This document shows positions 9,552-18,615 of a DNA stretch of 32,000 nt, piece by piece. The position numbers were made by a program, and so were the translations under genes. How positions within the stretch are numbered: the first letter of the stretch is position 1; each line of letters begins with the position of its first letter. The stretch is from Candidatus Brocadia sp. (GTDB lineage Bacteria; Planctomycetota; Brocadiia; Brocadiales; Brocadiaceae), in assembly GCA_021650915.1 (NCBI GenBank), contig CP091279.1, positions 600,001-632,000 of the forward strand. Direction: 5' to 3'. The notes beneath the pieces are model-generated. The model was not told where the DNA came from, made no database searches, and worked only from the letters and a program-made list of their open reading frames with translations.

Positions 9552-10544
9552 TTATGCGCAAAGTCTGTATACCAGCAATTCCAGTAATAATTGTGTATTC
9601 ATAGAACTTGTCTTGGTTTTCACATCGGTTTCTAATAAAAGTTCATGGTTTTTTGCAAGATCTTCTACGCTGTACCGTTTCACCTGTTCAAAAAATCGCT
9701 TTGCAAAGAATGGTATGATCTGTAACTCGGAGGCGACCTTTTGCTCGTTCTCGCCTTGTTGTAACAGTTGTTTTGCCCGCCACAATCTTTTAATCTGCCA
9801 TGCCAGCAAACTGATGATCCTCGCCGAATCTTCGCCGTGTGATAACATCTGAATTAAAACTTTCAGAGCCAGCGTTACGTTTCTTTGTGCAACGGCCTCG
9901 GTTAGTTCAAATACCGTGCGATCTCTATCCACGCCCACGAGGGCATCCACATCTCTTTCATCAATGGTGGTTTTCTCACCCAGATAAATCGATAATTTTT
10001 CAAGATGTTTGTCCAAAATCGCCAGATTACCACCGACACTATCAACGAGTTTTTGGGTAGCAGGGGCATTAATCTCTTTTTTGTACTGCCGTGCATGAGC
10101 CTGCACCCAGTTCGGCAGAGAGTGTTCCTTTAACTTTTTACACTCAAGAGAAATACCCACTTTGTCTACAAGGGTTGCCAACTTTGTCCGTTTATCCCAC
10201 TTCTTGCAGATGAGTACCAGATGGGAACGGCTTGCGGGCGTCTGTAAATACTTTTCAAGTATACTCCGGTTTTTATCAATAAATTCGTCTGCTTCTTCAA
10301 CAAGAACCAGCTTGTTTACCCCCGGAAAGAATGGCACCGTCCTTAATTCATCAAACACCACACCGCCGGAAATTTCATCCCCGTTGAATTCAATCAAAGC
10401 TATACTGGGGTCGTTGTCCTTGAGTAGATTCGTCTTTGTCGCCGAAAGCGCCTCGTGAATAAAAAACGCCTCATCTCCAAAAAATACAAAGATGGGAAAG
10501 GTTTTGCCTTTGTTCATCAAGGTCTTTAACTGATAAATATCCAT
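9552..10544 (-). CDS. holA: DNA polymerase III subunit delta
   Basis: 330 aa with the N-terminal pattern PIFVFFGDEAFFIHEA and a helical C-terminal domain typical of HolA. The ATG shares one nt with the cobU stop (TAATG at 10542-10546). Confidence 0.8.
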   Translation of the reverse strand: MDIYQLKTLMNKGKTFPIFVFFGDEAFFIHEALSATKTNLLKDNDPSIALIEFNGDEISGGVVFDELRTVPFFPGVNKLVLVEEADEFIDKNRSILEKYLQTPASRSHLVLICKKWDKRTKLATLVDKVGISLECKKLKEHSLPNWVQAHARQYKKEINAPATQKLVDSVGGNLAILDKHLEKLSIYLGEKTTIDERDVDALVGVDRDRTVFELTEAVAQRNVTLALKVLIQMLSHGEDSARIISLLAWQIKRLWRAKQLLQQGENEQKVASELQIIPFFAKRFFEQVKRYSVEDLAKNHELLLETDVKTKTSSMNTQLLLELLVYRLCA

Positions 10545-11206
10545 TATTTTATCCTCTGGGCAATTCCAGCCACCATAAAATAGACCTCATCCGCTTCACC
10601 GGCAATGATTTGGTTTGCATACCCTGCAATATCCCGGAATTCACGTGATAAGGCATTGTCAGGCACAATACTCAATCCAACCTCATTCGATATCAGAATT
10701 ACATCCGACCCAGACTCACGGCACGCTCGCCTCAGTTTGTGAATCTCTGCAAGGATCACCTGTTGTCTTTCCTGTGGACTTCCTGTCTGAAGCCCGGAAC
10801 AACCAGCCGAGTTTGTCATTTGATTTGATTCTCCTCCCCTGCCGGGAGAGGGTAAATCATACCCTTTTGCAGGAGGTTGAGCGAACGGCTGTCCGCCCCT
10901 ACCACCTGGAACTGTTTCACTGTTTAAAAGCATATTCGTAATATAGAGGGTAATACAATCAATCAAGACAAGGCCTGTCGTACCGCTAATATCCGATACA
11001 ACTTTGTTAACGTGAAAAGGAGACTCAATTGTCATCCAGTTCTGCGGACGCCGTGCACGGTGGATACGAATCCGTTCATGCATCTCGTCGTCTTTAGCCT
11101 CTGCGGTAGCAATATAGACTACATCATTATACTTTTTGGTAAGTCCTTCTGCAAAGGCAGACTTGCCGCTCCGTGCGCCTCCAAGGATAAAGGTTATTTT
11201 GGCCAT
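10544..11206 (-). CDS. cobU: Adenosylcobinamide kinase / adenosylcobinamide-phosphate guanylyltransferase, with an internal low-complexity insertion
   Basis: P-loop ILGGARSGKSAFAE, YIATAEAKDDEMHERIRIHRARRP, LISNEVGLSIVPDNALSREFRDIAG. At 220 aa it exceeds the ~180 aa I recall for canonical CobU. Confidence 0.9.
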   Translation of the reverse strand: MAKITFILGGARSGKSAFAEGLTKKYNDVVYIATAEAKDDEMHERIRIHRARRPQNWMTIESPFHVNKVVSDISGTTGLVLIDCITLYITNMLLNSETVPGGRGGQPFAQPPAKGYDLPSPGRGGESNQMTNSAGCSGLQTGSPQERQQVILAEIHKLRRACRESGSDVILISNEVGLSIVPDNALSREFRDIAGYANQIIAGEADEVYFMVAGIAQRIK

Positions 11207-11290
11207 ATTTCACCTAATTTTACCTATATTTTAATGCCTTTCAATACAATTTAAAACACTATAATAAACGAATTAATATTTTCTACGGGT

Positions 11291-14095
11291 TTATCTGTAA
11301 ATGTGCATAATGCCAACGCATGTCGTTCTGACATTTAAAATTCCTTCACACTCCGATCGGAGCTGTGCCTCGAAGTTGCGGATGAGTAATGAAATTTGTT
11401 CATCCGTTTCTTTTAGGTTTGAGACAGCATGATTTTCTTTCCATTCCTGCTGCATGAGAAGTTCAACATCGCTTTTCATCTGGCTACCCGATAAAATGAA
11501 TTCTTTATATAATTCTTTTTTTATTCCATCTTCAAAGTTGACCATAAAAAGATATCTGACTGAAAAAAAGTCTGGTATTCCATCATTTTTTAATTTGAGG
11601 ACATCTCCAGAAATGGCATCGCTCCTATAATGACTTATTAATGCATCTACTAAAGGATGGCCAACTCCCATAAGATCCATCCCCTTTTTCCTGGTGGCTA
11701 TTTGCCTTGAGAAGGTTACGTTTTCATAGTGTGACGATATGCCGGCGTATTTTTTGAGCGCAGACGGGACTACAATGTTTACAATTTCTCCCGAAGGGAC
11801 GAAACTTCCCCCGAGACGTATAATAGCTTTTTCACAAAATATTTTCAGGTCTTCGAGGGTATATCTTCCTTTAAGCTCAATATAGCTTTCAAGATTAAAG
11901 GTTTTTAAATCCTGTGCTAATTGTCGCAAGGCGTTGCTCGACTCTTTGGCTTGTCTCAGCGCTTCGGCTATTTCTTCTTCTGTCCTTTTGTAATTCTTAT
12001 TGATCAGGGCTTCTTTATACAAATCATTATAGTTTAAAGAGGAGCCGAGAAAGCCCAGAATTTCTGATCTAAAATCCTCCGTTACTTCCCCCGTGACGTT
12101 ATCAATCCTCCCTATCGTTTTTGCTATTTCAAAGAGTTTTTGTTCGAGAATGGAATAAACATCCTCTTCTATCGTTCCTTCGGCAATAAGATTATATACC
12201 TGCGCGGTATCCGTCTGCCCATACCGGTGTATCCTTCCTATCCTCTGTTCAACTGCCATAGGATTCCATGGCAGGTCATAGTTGAAGAGAATCCTGCATA
12301 TCTGTAAGTTTATGCCTTCTCCGCCGGCAGAGGTGCTTATGAGAAATTGAGCCCCGTTTTCGTTCCAGAATGATTCGCACGACGCTATCTTATCCTCAAG
12401 AGGGCCGCCCTTAATTATGGCAATTTTATCATTTGAATAATACTTGCTCAGTTCTTCCTTCAAAAAATAAAGAGTCTCAAGATACTGCGTAAAGATAACA
12501 ATTTTTTCCTTTTCATTCTCCCTTCTGATTTGCTCAATTGCCCTCACCAGCGTGTCAAACTTTCTGTCAGGACCATCGTCCACAAGGCCTATCAACTCTT
12601 TCACCTTTTGGTCTTCATTAGGGATGTTTGCGGGCGCATCAATGATGTCATCGCTGATTTCCTGTGCATCAAGCGCCCAATGGGTTATCTCCTCATCAAA
12701 TTTCGGCCGTTTTTTAAGTTGTTGCTTCAATCGGGCAATATATGCATCCGCATCCGTGTAATCAATAGCCCCCCTCTCATAGGATAAAAGTTCAAAGACG
12801 ATCTTACGCATTTCCTCCTGATATTTTACTATCTGTTTAGAAATATCCTCTCTGGCAGTAAGATTATGCAAGCCACCCTCCATCGCCATTTGTCTCCTCG
12901 CATAAATGGCTAATAATCTTCGCCTTAATGCCTGCTTGATAGCCCTGGGGCTTGACGACATAATTTTCTGAAAGATTGCCATGACAAAACCCACAGCCCT
13001 CTGCTGTTTTGTCGTCTTGTCACTTCCCACACCGGCGGCATTATATCCTTCTTTCAGATATTCTGTTAGCTTCTCATAAAAACGTTGCTCTCTGATCGAA
13101 AGGCTGAATTTTTGAGAATGCACCTTACGTCTCATAAATATCGGATTTCCTTCAACGTCGGTCACTTCCCGTTTTGTCCTCCTTATCATAACCCGTCCAA
13201 GGAGTCCTCTGTGGTCTAGCATTGCTTCGGGGTTTTCAAATAACTGGTCATCAAGCAGTTGTATTAAAGACCAGAATTGATAACCATCCCCCTGATGTGG
13301 AGTAGCTGAGAGAAAGAGCATATCACGGGTTATTCCTTTCAGCTTTTCTGCCAAACGGTAATTTTGTGTGACTTCGATTTTTTCCCCATATTTTTTTCTG
13401 GTGAGATGGTGCGCCTCATCAAAGACGATAATATCCCATTCCGGGCCTTTCATGAGCTTTTCAAGCCGCGCTGGTTTCTTGATCGTGTCAATTGAGGCTA
13501 TCACAAGATTATGCCTTTCCCATGCATGGGGGTTTGCATCTGAGAAATCCAGTCCAAATATGTCAAAATAGATTCTAAAGCAATCCTTCAGCTCGTTACG
13601 CCAATTTACGGTAAGCCCCGCCGGACAGACGATAAGCGCCCTGTCCGCATCCCTTCTCGAAAGGAGTTCTCTTATGATCATACCGGTTTCAATCGTCTTC
13701 CCAAGTCCAACTTCATCCGCAATGAGGAGCCTTCTCCGCCTTGTCTCAACGACCTGGTGGGTCAGCAATATTTGATGCGGAAGCAGGTCTGCCTTGCTGT
13801 TTGACAATTCACCGCCAGAGTTTTCCACGGGGAATTGATACGCAAGTTGTTTTAAGAAAAAATCCACAGGCTTATCAGAAATACCCTTTTCAAATTTCTG
13901 AAAAATATCATCAATTGGCTCAACCATTTCCGGGGGAAATGTCTCAAGAATCCTTTTCCCGTCTTGCTCAAAGGCGACGTCAACCGTGTATTCACCGCCA
14001 CCCTCGCACACCCGGATTACTTCGCCCGCTCCTAATTCGGGACGATATTTCACTTTTACCCTGGTATTCTCTTTTATGATCATACTATTTGTCAT
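11291..14095 (-). CDS. SNF2-family helicase (COG0553-like; BrxHII-like or RapA-like)
   Basis: 934 aa. Motif I LIADEVGLGKTIETG, motif II VFDEAHHL, SATPHQG, and the helicase C block NYDLPWNPMAVEQRIGRIHRYGQ. The ATG overlaps the upstream gene stop (ATGA at 14092-14095). Confidence 0.9.
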   Translation of the reverse strand: MTNSMIIKENTRVKVKYRPELGAGEVIRVCEGGGEYTVDVAFEQDGKRILETFPPEMVEPIDDIFQKFEKGISDKPVDFFLKQLAYQFPVENSGGELSNSKADLLPHQILLTHQVVETRRRRLLIADEVGLGKTIETGMIIRELLSRRDADRALIVCPAGLTVNWRNELKDCFRIYFDIFGLDFSDANPHAWERHNLVIASIDTIKKPARLEKLMKGPEWDIIVFDEAHHLTRKKYGEKIEVTQNYRLAEKLKGITRDMLFLSATPHQGDGYQFWSLIQLLDDQLFENPEAMLDHRGLLGRVMIRRTKREVTDVEGNPIFMRRKVHSQKFSLSIREQRFYEKLTEYLKEGYNAAGVGSDKTTKQQRAVGFVMAIFQKIMSSSPRAIKQALRRRLLAIYARRQMAMEGGLHNLTAREDISKQIVKYQEEMRKIVFELLSYERGAIDYTDADAYIARLKQQLKKRPKFDEEITHWALDAQEISDDIIDAPANIPNEDQKVKELIGLVDDGPDRKFDTLVRAIEQIRRENEKEKIVIFTQYLETLYFLKEELSKYYSNDKIAIIKGGPLEDKIASCESFWNENGAQFLISTSAGGEGINLQICRILFNYDLPWNPMAVEQRIGRIHRYGQTDTAQVYNLIAEGTIEEDVYSILEQKLFEIAKTIGRIDNVTGEVTEDFRSEILGFLGSSLNYNDLYKEALINKNYKRTEEEIAEALRQAKESSNALRQLAQDLKTFNLESYIELKGRYTLEDLKIFCEKAIIRLGGSFVPSGEIVNIVVPSALKKYAGISSHYENVTFSRQIATRKKGMDLMGVGHPLVDALISHYRSDAISGDVLKLKNDGIPDFFSVRYLFMVNFEDGIKKELYKEFILSGSQMKSDVELLMQQEWKENHAVSNLKETDEQISLLIRNFEAQLRSECEGILNVRTTCVGIMHIYR

Positions 14096-14520
14096 GAGGA
14101 TAGGTTGTACCCCGTTTTGTATATGGTTATTCCACGTACATTATAAGCTGTAGTAGAACCAAAGATAAGTTCTATGGGAAGGTTTTCCCCGCGGTATTCA
14201 ACCCAGAGGGAGTCCCCTCTGATAATCCGACCTTTGCACACGATCTGAACCTGTATCAGTTTTCGCACGAAGAGAGACGCCGATGACTGTAAAATCCTGT
14301 GAATTTCTCGTGCAAGAGATTGCCTCTCCTGAGATGCCGTCATGTAAAGCGCTTCTTCGACACCGACAATAAAAAATGACGAACGAGGAGATATGCCATC
14401 AGGGCAATTCCTTATTTCTCTCAGAAAATCTAAAATACCTATCTTTATTTCATTCGGTTCGACACCATCCTCTTTGTAAGGTTTTACGTATCTATACTCT
14501 ACTATTTCGTAACCTGGCAT
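14092..14520 (-). CDS. Hypothetical protein, translationally coupled to the SNF2 helicase
   Basis: The ORF track gives TTG at 14544. ATG at 14520 is preceded by AAGGTG 7 nt upstream, giving 142 aa. I recognise no motif. There is a 4-nt overlap with the helicase start. Confidence 0.6.
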   Translation of the reverse strand: MPGYEIVEYRYVKPYKEDGVEPNEIKIGILDFLREIRNCPDGISPRSSFFIVGVEEALYMTASQERQSLAREIHRILQSSASLFVRKLIQVQIVCKGRIIRGDSLWVEYRGENLPIELIFGSTTAYNVRGITIYKTGYNLSS

Positions 14521-14600
14521 ATATTTGCACCTTACAGATTTCAAATAGACAACATCTTGGTTTTTTGAAAAATTCTTGTATTAACGTAGGTAACATGCAC

Positions 14601-14630
14601 CGTAGAGACAATTCATGAATTGCCTCTACG
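14601..14630. repeat. Short palindromic repeat element (cgtagagacaatt-catg-aattgcctctacg)
   Basis: 13-bp arms with one mismatch around a central catg. Confidence 0.5.
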
Positions 14631-14841
14631 CCCTGTTACAAGGCACTTTCAACTATTGATGTTTTCAAAAAAACCTTAATCCGGCGATAATTTTAAATCT
14701 TGACTTAAGAATTAACACAAAAGATTCGCATCTACCGGGCAAACGAGCTATAAACGCAAATTGACATATTTCACTTTTTACGTGAAAACTACTATTTCAA
14801 AAATACTAGATACTGTCAACTGAATGGCTCATAATAGTATC

Positions 14842-14925
14842 TGTCATTGCGAGGGTGTTTTTTCCCGAAGCAAGCCTTTTTGAGGTGTCCTGGAGATTGC
14901 TTCGGAAAAAACCCTCGCAATGACA
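14842..14925. repeat. REP/MITE-like inverted pair of a ~30-nt module (tgtcattgcgaggg...ccgaagcaa)
   Basis: 14842-14875 and the reverse complement of 14895-14925 match at about 29 of 31 positions with two single-nt indels. They can fold into a long hairpin. Confidence 0.7.
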
Positions 14926-14994
14926 CGTTTTACCTTTTTGGACATACCATAGCGCAGCACAGCCGCAACCAAATTTCCTTTATGAAAGTGGGGA

Positions 14995-15086
14995 GATTGC
15001 TTCGGAAAAGGCCCTCGCAATGACAGTGACCATGCACTTTGATGGCACACACTGCACGTTGTCATTGCGAGTGAAGCGAAGCAATC
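14995..15086. repeat. Second inverted pair of the same ~30-nt module
   Basis: gattgcttcggaaaaggccctcgcaatgaca (14995-15025) pairs with tgtcattgcgagtgaagcgaagcaatc (15060-15086). Both are copies of the module at 14842-14925. Confidence 0.65.
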
Positions 15087-15261
15087 TTTCACTCATAAAA
15101 AACGGTACCTCCTGAAAGGGGCTTATGAAAAAACTTACAAAAAAAAGAAGTTTTTATACAGTAATACTATATCATCCCTTCGGGATTTTTTCACATTTCC
15201 AAAAAAGAGTTTAACCACGAAACACGAAGGTCACGAAGAAAAACTCATCCTAATACTATAA

Positions 15262-18200
15262 TTACACCTCAATCAGGCTTACTATTTTCTGTATGGGTAT
15301 CTGAAACGTAGGATTCCTCTTTTTTAAATATTCCAGGGCAACACGCATCTGTGGGATTGCCTGTTTGAATTCATTCAACCATAACATCAGATTCTCTGAG
15401 GCATTGGCAAGCCCCATAAGATAATGAATGATATCCACCAGCGCTACATTATCAAATCTTTCCTCTTCCATATCGGGAAATAGTTTTAGCTGACGAGGAT
15501 TCCTTGCGTCTTTTTTAAAAAGCGCCTGGAGGTCTTTATACCGTTCGTCAGGCTGTTTTACCTCGTAAGTCCTCCCCCGTTTTGCCCTGCCTTTGCGCAT
15601 AACACCGGCCTTTATCAATCCGTCAATTTCAAGAATACCGCGGGTTGCCTTATGCACCTCGTCGCTCTGTATCTCTTTTCTATCACAAAGACAGGTGAGA
15701 TACACATAGCTTACCGTGTCTATATGCTCAAGTTCTGAGGATAAAGGATGCGCGGTATCGATGAGTTGCTCCACCATCATCCGTATAGAGGCGAGTGCCT
15801 TTTGAAGAGGCACGACATCTCCATTGTGGTCAACTATGGCGCCATAGTGCTTGCTGTATAACTCAAGGCATTTGCCGATGAGGATAATGTTTATATCTGC
15901 GGGTAAGAGCTTTTCGCTTCCATATCTTCCCGACTCTATCATGGCAATCTCTTCCCTTGCCTTTGCACGTATCTCTTGCCTGACGCCTGCCCATGAACGT
16001 TTCTTTGTGTTGCCATTACCATTTCGCTTTTTACAGACATGGATGAGATCGTAGGAGATTGCCTGTTTATCCATGAGATGCAAGGAGCTTTCAGACTCAC
16101 CATGTATGGGGTAGACCGCCTCTATCAAGAAACCCGCATTGCAGACAGATTCAAGGAGCGATTCCCATGCACTCCCTTCTGCATGATGAAAGGTAAAAAC
16201 CACAAGTCCTTGATCTTCGAGGTATTCATGACATTTCTTCCACACATTAGTAAGTCCTTCTTCATAATCTTTTGCAGTTTTACCACGTGTGGGATTTTCA
16301 ACAATTTCCTCCACCTTTGGTGTTAATTCGGGTGAAAAGTGAGGATATGTTTTTGAGAGCAATAGTCTAAGCCAGACATAAAAGAAATCAGCAAGTTCAG
16401 AATAGTTGACATTATCAGCGTATGGCGGATCAGTAATTACAATGTTAAACTTCCCTTCTATTGTGTTACGTGAATTTCCGCAAAATATTTTTGAATCATT
16501 GTTTGCCTCTATAATTTCATTTCTATTCTCACTTATAATTTTGTTCTCGGAATATTTACGGTCGTAAGGTTTATAACAAAATACTTTTCCTTCAATAGCT
16601 TTATTTATGCACTTCAAAAAATTACATTTTCCATAGCTAACGCCCCAAACATTACCCTCTGCAAAAGTAGCTTTCGGTTGAAAGTCATGCCGTGCAAAAA
16701 CTCCTTCAGTTTTATCTGCATCAGATCTATGTCTTGTAAATACGTTGTTACTTTCCAGTGTTGTAAAAAACCCGCTTATCAACATCTCTTTCATTACCTG
16801 ATCCTCTTCCTCACCAATCGCCTTCAGCAATGTGCTCAGGCAGAGGAGTTGTCTCGGATTAAACATCTGATGCCAGTATCTATAATGATGTTCAATAAGC
16901 CTGTGCGTTTCTTGCCCATCGGGAATTGCACTCTTTGGATAAGGAAGCTTTTCTTTTTCCTTTTCCCACCGCTTTTCTACATCCTGATAGCGCTTCAGGT
17001 CTGAGGGATTTATTCTTTTAAAGAACTTCCCGTTGTTTTTGTTTATCATACATGAATGGGTCAGTCTTTTGCTCTTTGTGACCTCATGAAAGAGGTTCTT
17101 TTCAAGCGTTTCACCCGCACACTCAGGACAATAACCCTCTATGGCATACGGCCTGGTTGGCAGCAGTTGCTCCTGTGGCAACTTTCGTATGGAATTGATA
17201 ATCTTGTCCTTTGTGCCGCATGATTCGCAAACAAAAGAGCCCTTTTCGGCAACATTTCCCCTGTTCGGGCTGTAATCTTTTTTACAGGCAGGGCACGAGA
17301 CATCTTCAGGCAAAGCGCCACGATACTGCCAGACGGCATAGCAATGAGGACAGAGTAGGACGGCAAGGGGAACTTTTTTCTTTGTCTTTTTCAGCGATTT
17401 GGCTTCTGCCTCCACATTTTCATGGGAACACCAGGGGCATGCAGCCCTGTGTGTCATGCTATTCCACAACGCCCATCGCTTATGGGACCGCAATTCTCCC
17501 GCTGCATCCTTCGGATTACACACGGTAAGCGCCTTTTCTGCTATCAGGGAAGCAGATTCTATATCCATATCAAACACCTTTTTACAATGCTTGCATTCAT
17601 AATCGGGCACGTACCTGATGGTTGGTGTTTTTTGAGCAATAATATAATTGTTAAAAAGAGTCACTTCCCGTTTACAATTGGGGTTTGTGCAGATGGCGGA
17701 TTTTACCCAAAAGGTGTAGATAATGTCGGCGTCTTCCTTAGCGCTTCTATTATTGGAAGACAACCCCCCTGATCCTCCTTTGTCAAGGGAGACATCGCTG
17801 CTTGCCCCACAGCAGGGACACCCGGTTTTATAGTGGCTGAGGAGTTCTTCTTTTACCGATTTTCCCGTATGGGTCTTGCGCGCCTCAAGTCTTTTGAATG
17901 CATCTCTGAGCCTGTCGATATCAACCGGTTCTACCTCAGTCTTTACGATAAACCAGGCAACGGGATTTAAATCGATACCCGTCACATGACAGCCGAGGCG
18001 CAACGCCTCGACAACGGTTGTGCCACCCCCCATAAATGGATCAAGTATCTTTACGCCGTTTGTATCGGGGTCATTGGTATGATCATTGTAAAACTCCTCC
18101 ATGATGTTTGTGCCGGCAGGCTTCATGGAGGCCAGGAGTATCGCCCTGAATACGCAGGATGCCCTGCGGGCAAACCATTTATGCATTTGATAGATGGGTT

Positions 18201-18276
18201 TGAAGGCATTGCGTTCCGGTACAGCCAGTCTGTTGATTTCGACGATGGGAAATGATTCTTCGATTGCCTTTTTCAT
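15262..18276 (-). CDS. DUF1156-type DNA methyltransferase with multiple Zn-ribbons (PglXI-like, inferred N6-adenine/N4-cytosine class)
   Basis: 1004 aa. The N-terminus PIYQMHKWFARRASCVFRAILLA resembles the DUF1156 signature. SAM motif ILDPFMGGGTT at aa 78-87 and catalytic ITDPPYA at aa 614-620 (nt ~16420-16431). Eight CxxC-type pairs lie between aa ~150 and 390. Confidence 0.85.
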   Translation of the reverse strand: MKKAIEESFPIVEINRLAVPERNAFKPIYQMHKWFARRASCVFRAILLASMKPAGTNIMEEFYNDHTNDPDTNGVKILDPFMGGGTTVVEALRLGCHVTGIDLNPVAWFIVKTEVEPVDIDRLRDAFKRLEARKTHTGKSVKEELLSHYKTGCPCCGASSDVSLDKGGSGGLSSNNRSAKEDADIIYTFWVKSAICTNPNCKREVTLFNNYIIAQKTPTIRYVPDYECKHCKKVFDMDIESASLIAEKALTVCNPKDAAGELRSHKRWALWNSMTHRAACPWCSHENVEAEAKSLKKTKKKVPLAVLLCPHCYAVWQYRGALPEDVSCPACKKDYSPNRGNVAEKGSFVCESCGTKDKIINSIRKLPQEQLLPTRPYAIEGYCPECAGETLEKNLFHEVTKSKRLTHSCMINKNNGKFFKRINPSDLKRYQDVEKRWEKEKEKLPYPKSAIPDGQETHRLIEHHYRYWHQMFNPRQLLCLSTLLKAIGEEEDQVMKEMLISGFFTTLESNNVFTRHRSDADKTEGVFARHDFQPKATFAEGNVWGVSYGKCNFLKCINKAIEGKVFCYKPYDRKYSENKIISENRNEIIEANNDSKIFCGNSRNTIEGKFNIVITDPPYADNVNYSELADFFYVWLRLLLSKTYPHFSPELTPKVEEIVENPTRGKTAKDYEEGLTNVWKKCHEYLEDQGLVVFTFHHAEGSAWESLLESVCNAGFLIEAVYPIHGESESSLHLMDKQAISYDLIHVCKKRNGNGNTKKRSWAGVRQEIRAKAREEIAMIESGRYGSEKLLPADINIILIGKCLELYSKHYGAIVDHNGDVVPLQKALASIRMMVEQLIDTAHPLSSELEHIDTVSYVYLTCLCDRKEIQSDEVHKATRGILEIDGLIKAGVMRKGRAKRGRTYEVKQPDERYKDLQALFKKDARNPRQLKLFPDMEEERFDNVALVDIIHYLMGLANASENLMLWLNEFKQAIPQMRVALEYLKKRNPTFQIPIQKIVSLIEV

Positions 18277-18279
18277 TTT

Positions 18280-18615
18280 CTAGTCGATTGCAAGATGAAT
18301 CTTTATGGCGTTTTCCACTTGTTCAAGGATATCGTTGCCAAGTGTGCCAATATACCTTTTGAGGCGGCTTTTATCTACAGCCCTCATTTGAGGTATCTTT
18401 AATTTAGAGTCATAATCAAGCCTGCTGTCATTTTTCTTTACAAATACCTCAAACGGGAACACCCTTTCAACCTTTGATGAAAAAGGGATTGCCATAACAG
18501 TTTTCAGATGCTTATTAGCTTCATTGCATGATATGATCAAAGCAGGTCTTTGCTTTTTTATCTCAGCGCCAACAGATGGTTCAAAATCTACAAGATATAT
18601 ATCACCACGCTTCAT
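18280..18615 (-). CDS. mazF: Type II toxin, MazF/PemK family endoribonuclease
   Basis: 111 aa beginning MKRGDIYLVDFEPSVGAEIKKQRPALIIS, typical of PemK/MazF. The start overlaps the antitoxin stop by 4 nt, and the stop lies 3 nt before the methyltransferase ATG. Confidence 0.9.
   Translation of the reverse strand: MKRGDIYLVDFEPSVGAEIKKQRPALIISCNEANKHLKTVMAIPFSSKVERVFPFEVFVKKNDSRLDYDSKLKIPQMRAVDKSRLKRYIGTLGNDILEQVENAIKIHLAID

Noticed and set aside
14844-15092. 82-aa ORF on the minus strand (MKDCFASLAMTTCSV...)
   Set aside because: It is built entirely from the REP/MITE-like modules (CFASLAMT is the translation of gattgcttcgc...gcaatgaca). It has a GTG start and no SD, and is a typical spurious repeat-derived ORF.
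15174-15191. Small hairpin atccc-ttc-gggat followed by five T on the + strand
   Set aside because: The stem is only 5 bp with a 3-nt loop, and no + strand gene lies upstream. The orientation is wrong to terminate the minus-strand methyltransferase gene.
15232-15244. 13-mer cacgaagaaaaac shared with 30172-30184, and related cacgaag motifs at 8708-8717 and 15216-15231
   Set aside because: A shared 13-mer of low complexity is expected by chance several times in 32 kb of AT-biased sequence. This is not enough to call a repeat family from this window alone.
17211-17772. Antisense ORFs inside long genes (for example 280-666, 7955-8269, 12530-12787, 13741-14079, 17211-17772, 20042-20441, 22518-23282, 23562-23954, 24420-24932, 25278-25841, 29132-29701)
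   Set aside because: Each is fully nested opposite a gene with strong motif support. Their translations are Ser/Arg/Cys-rich or otherwise atypical, and none has a recognisable motif or ribosome-binding site.
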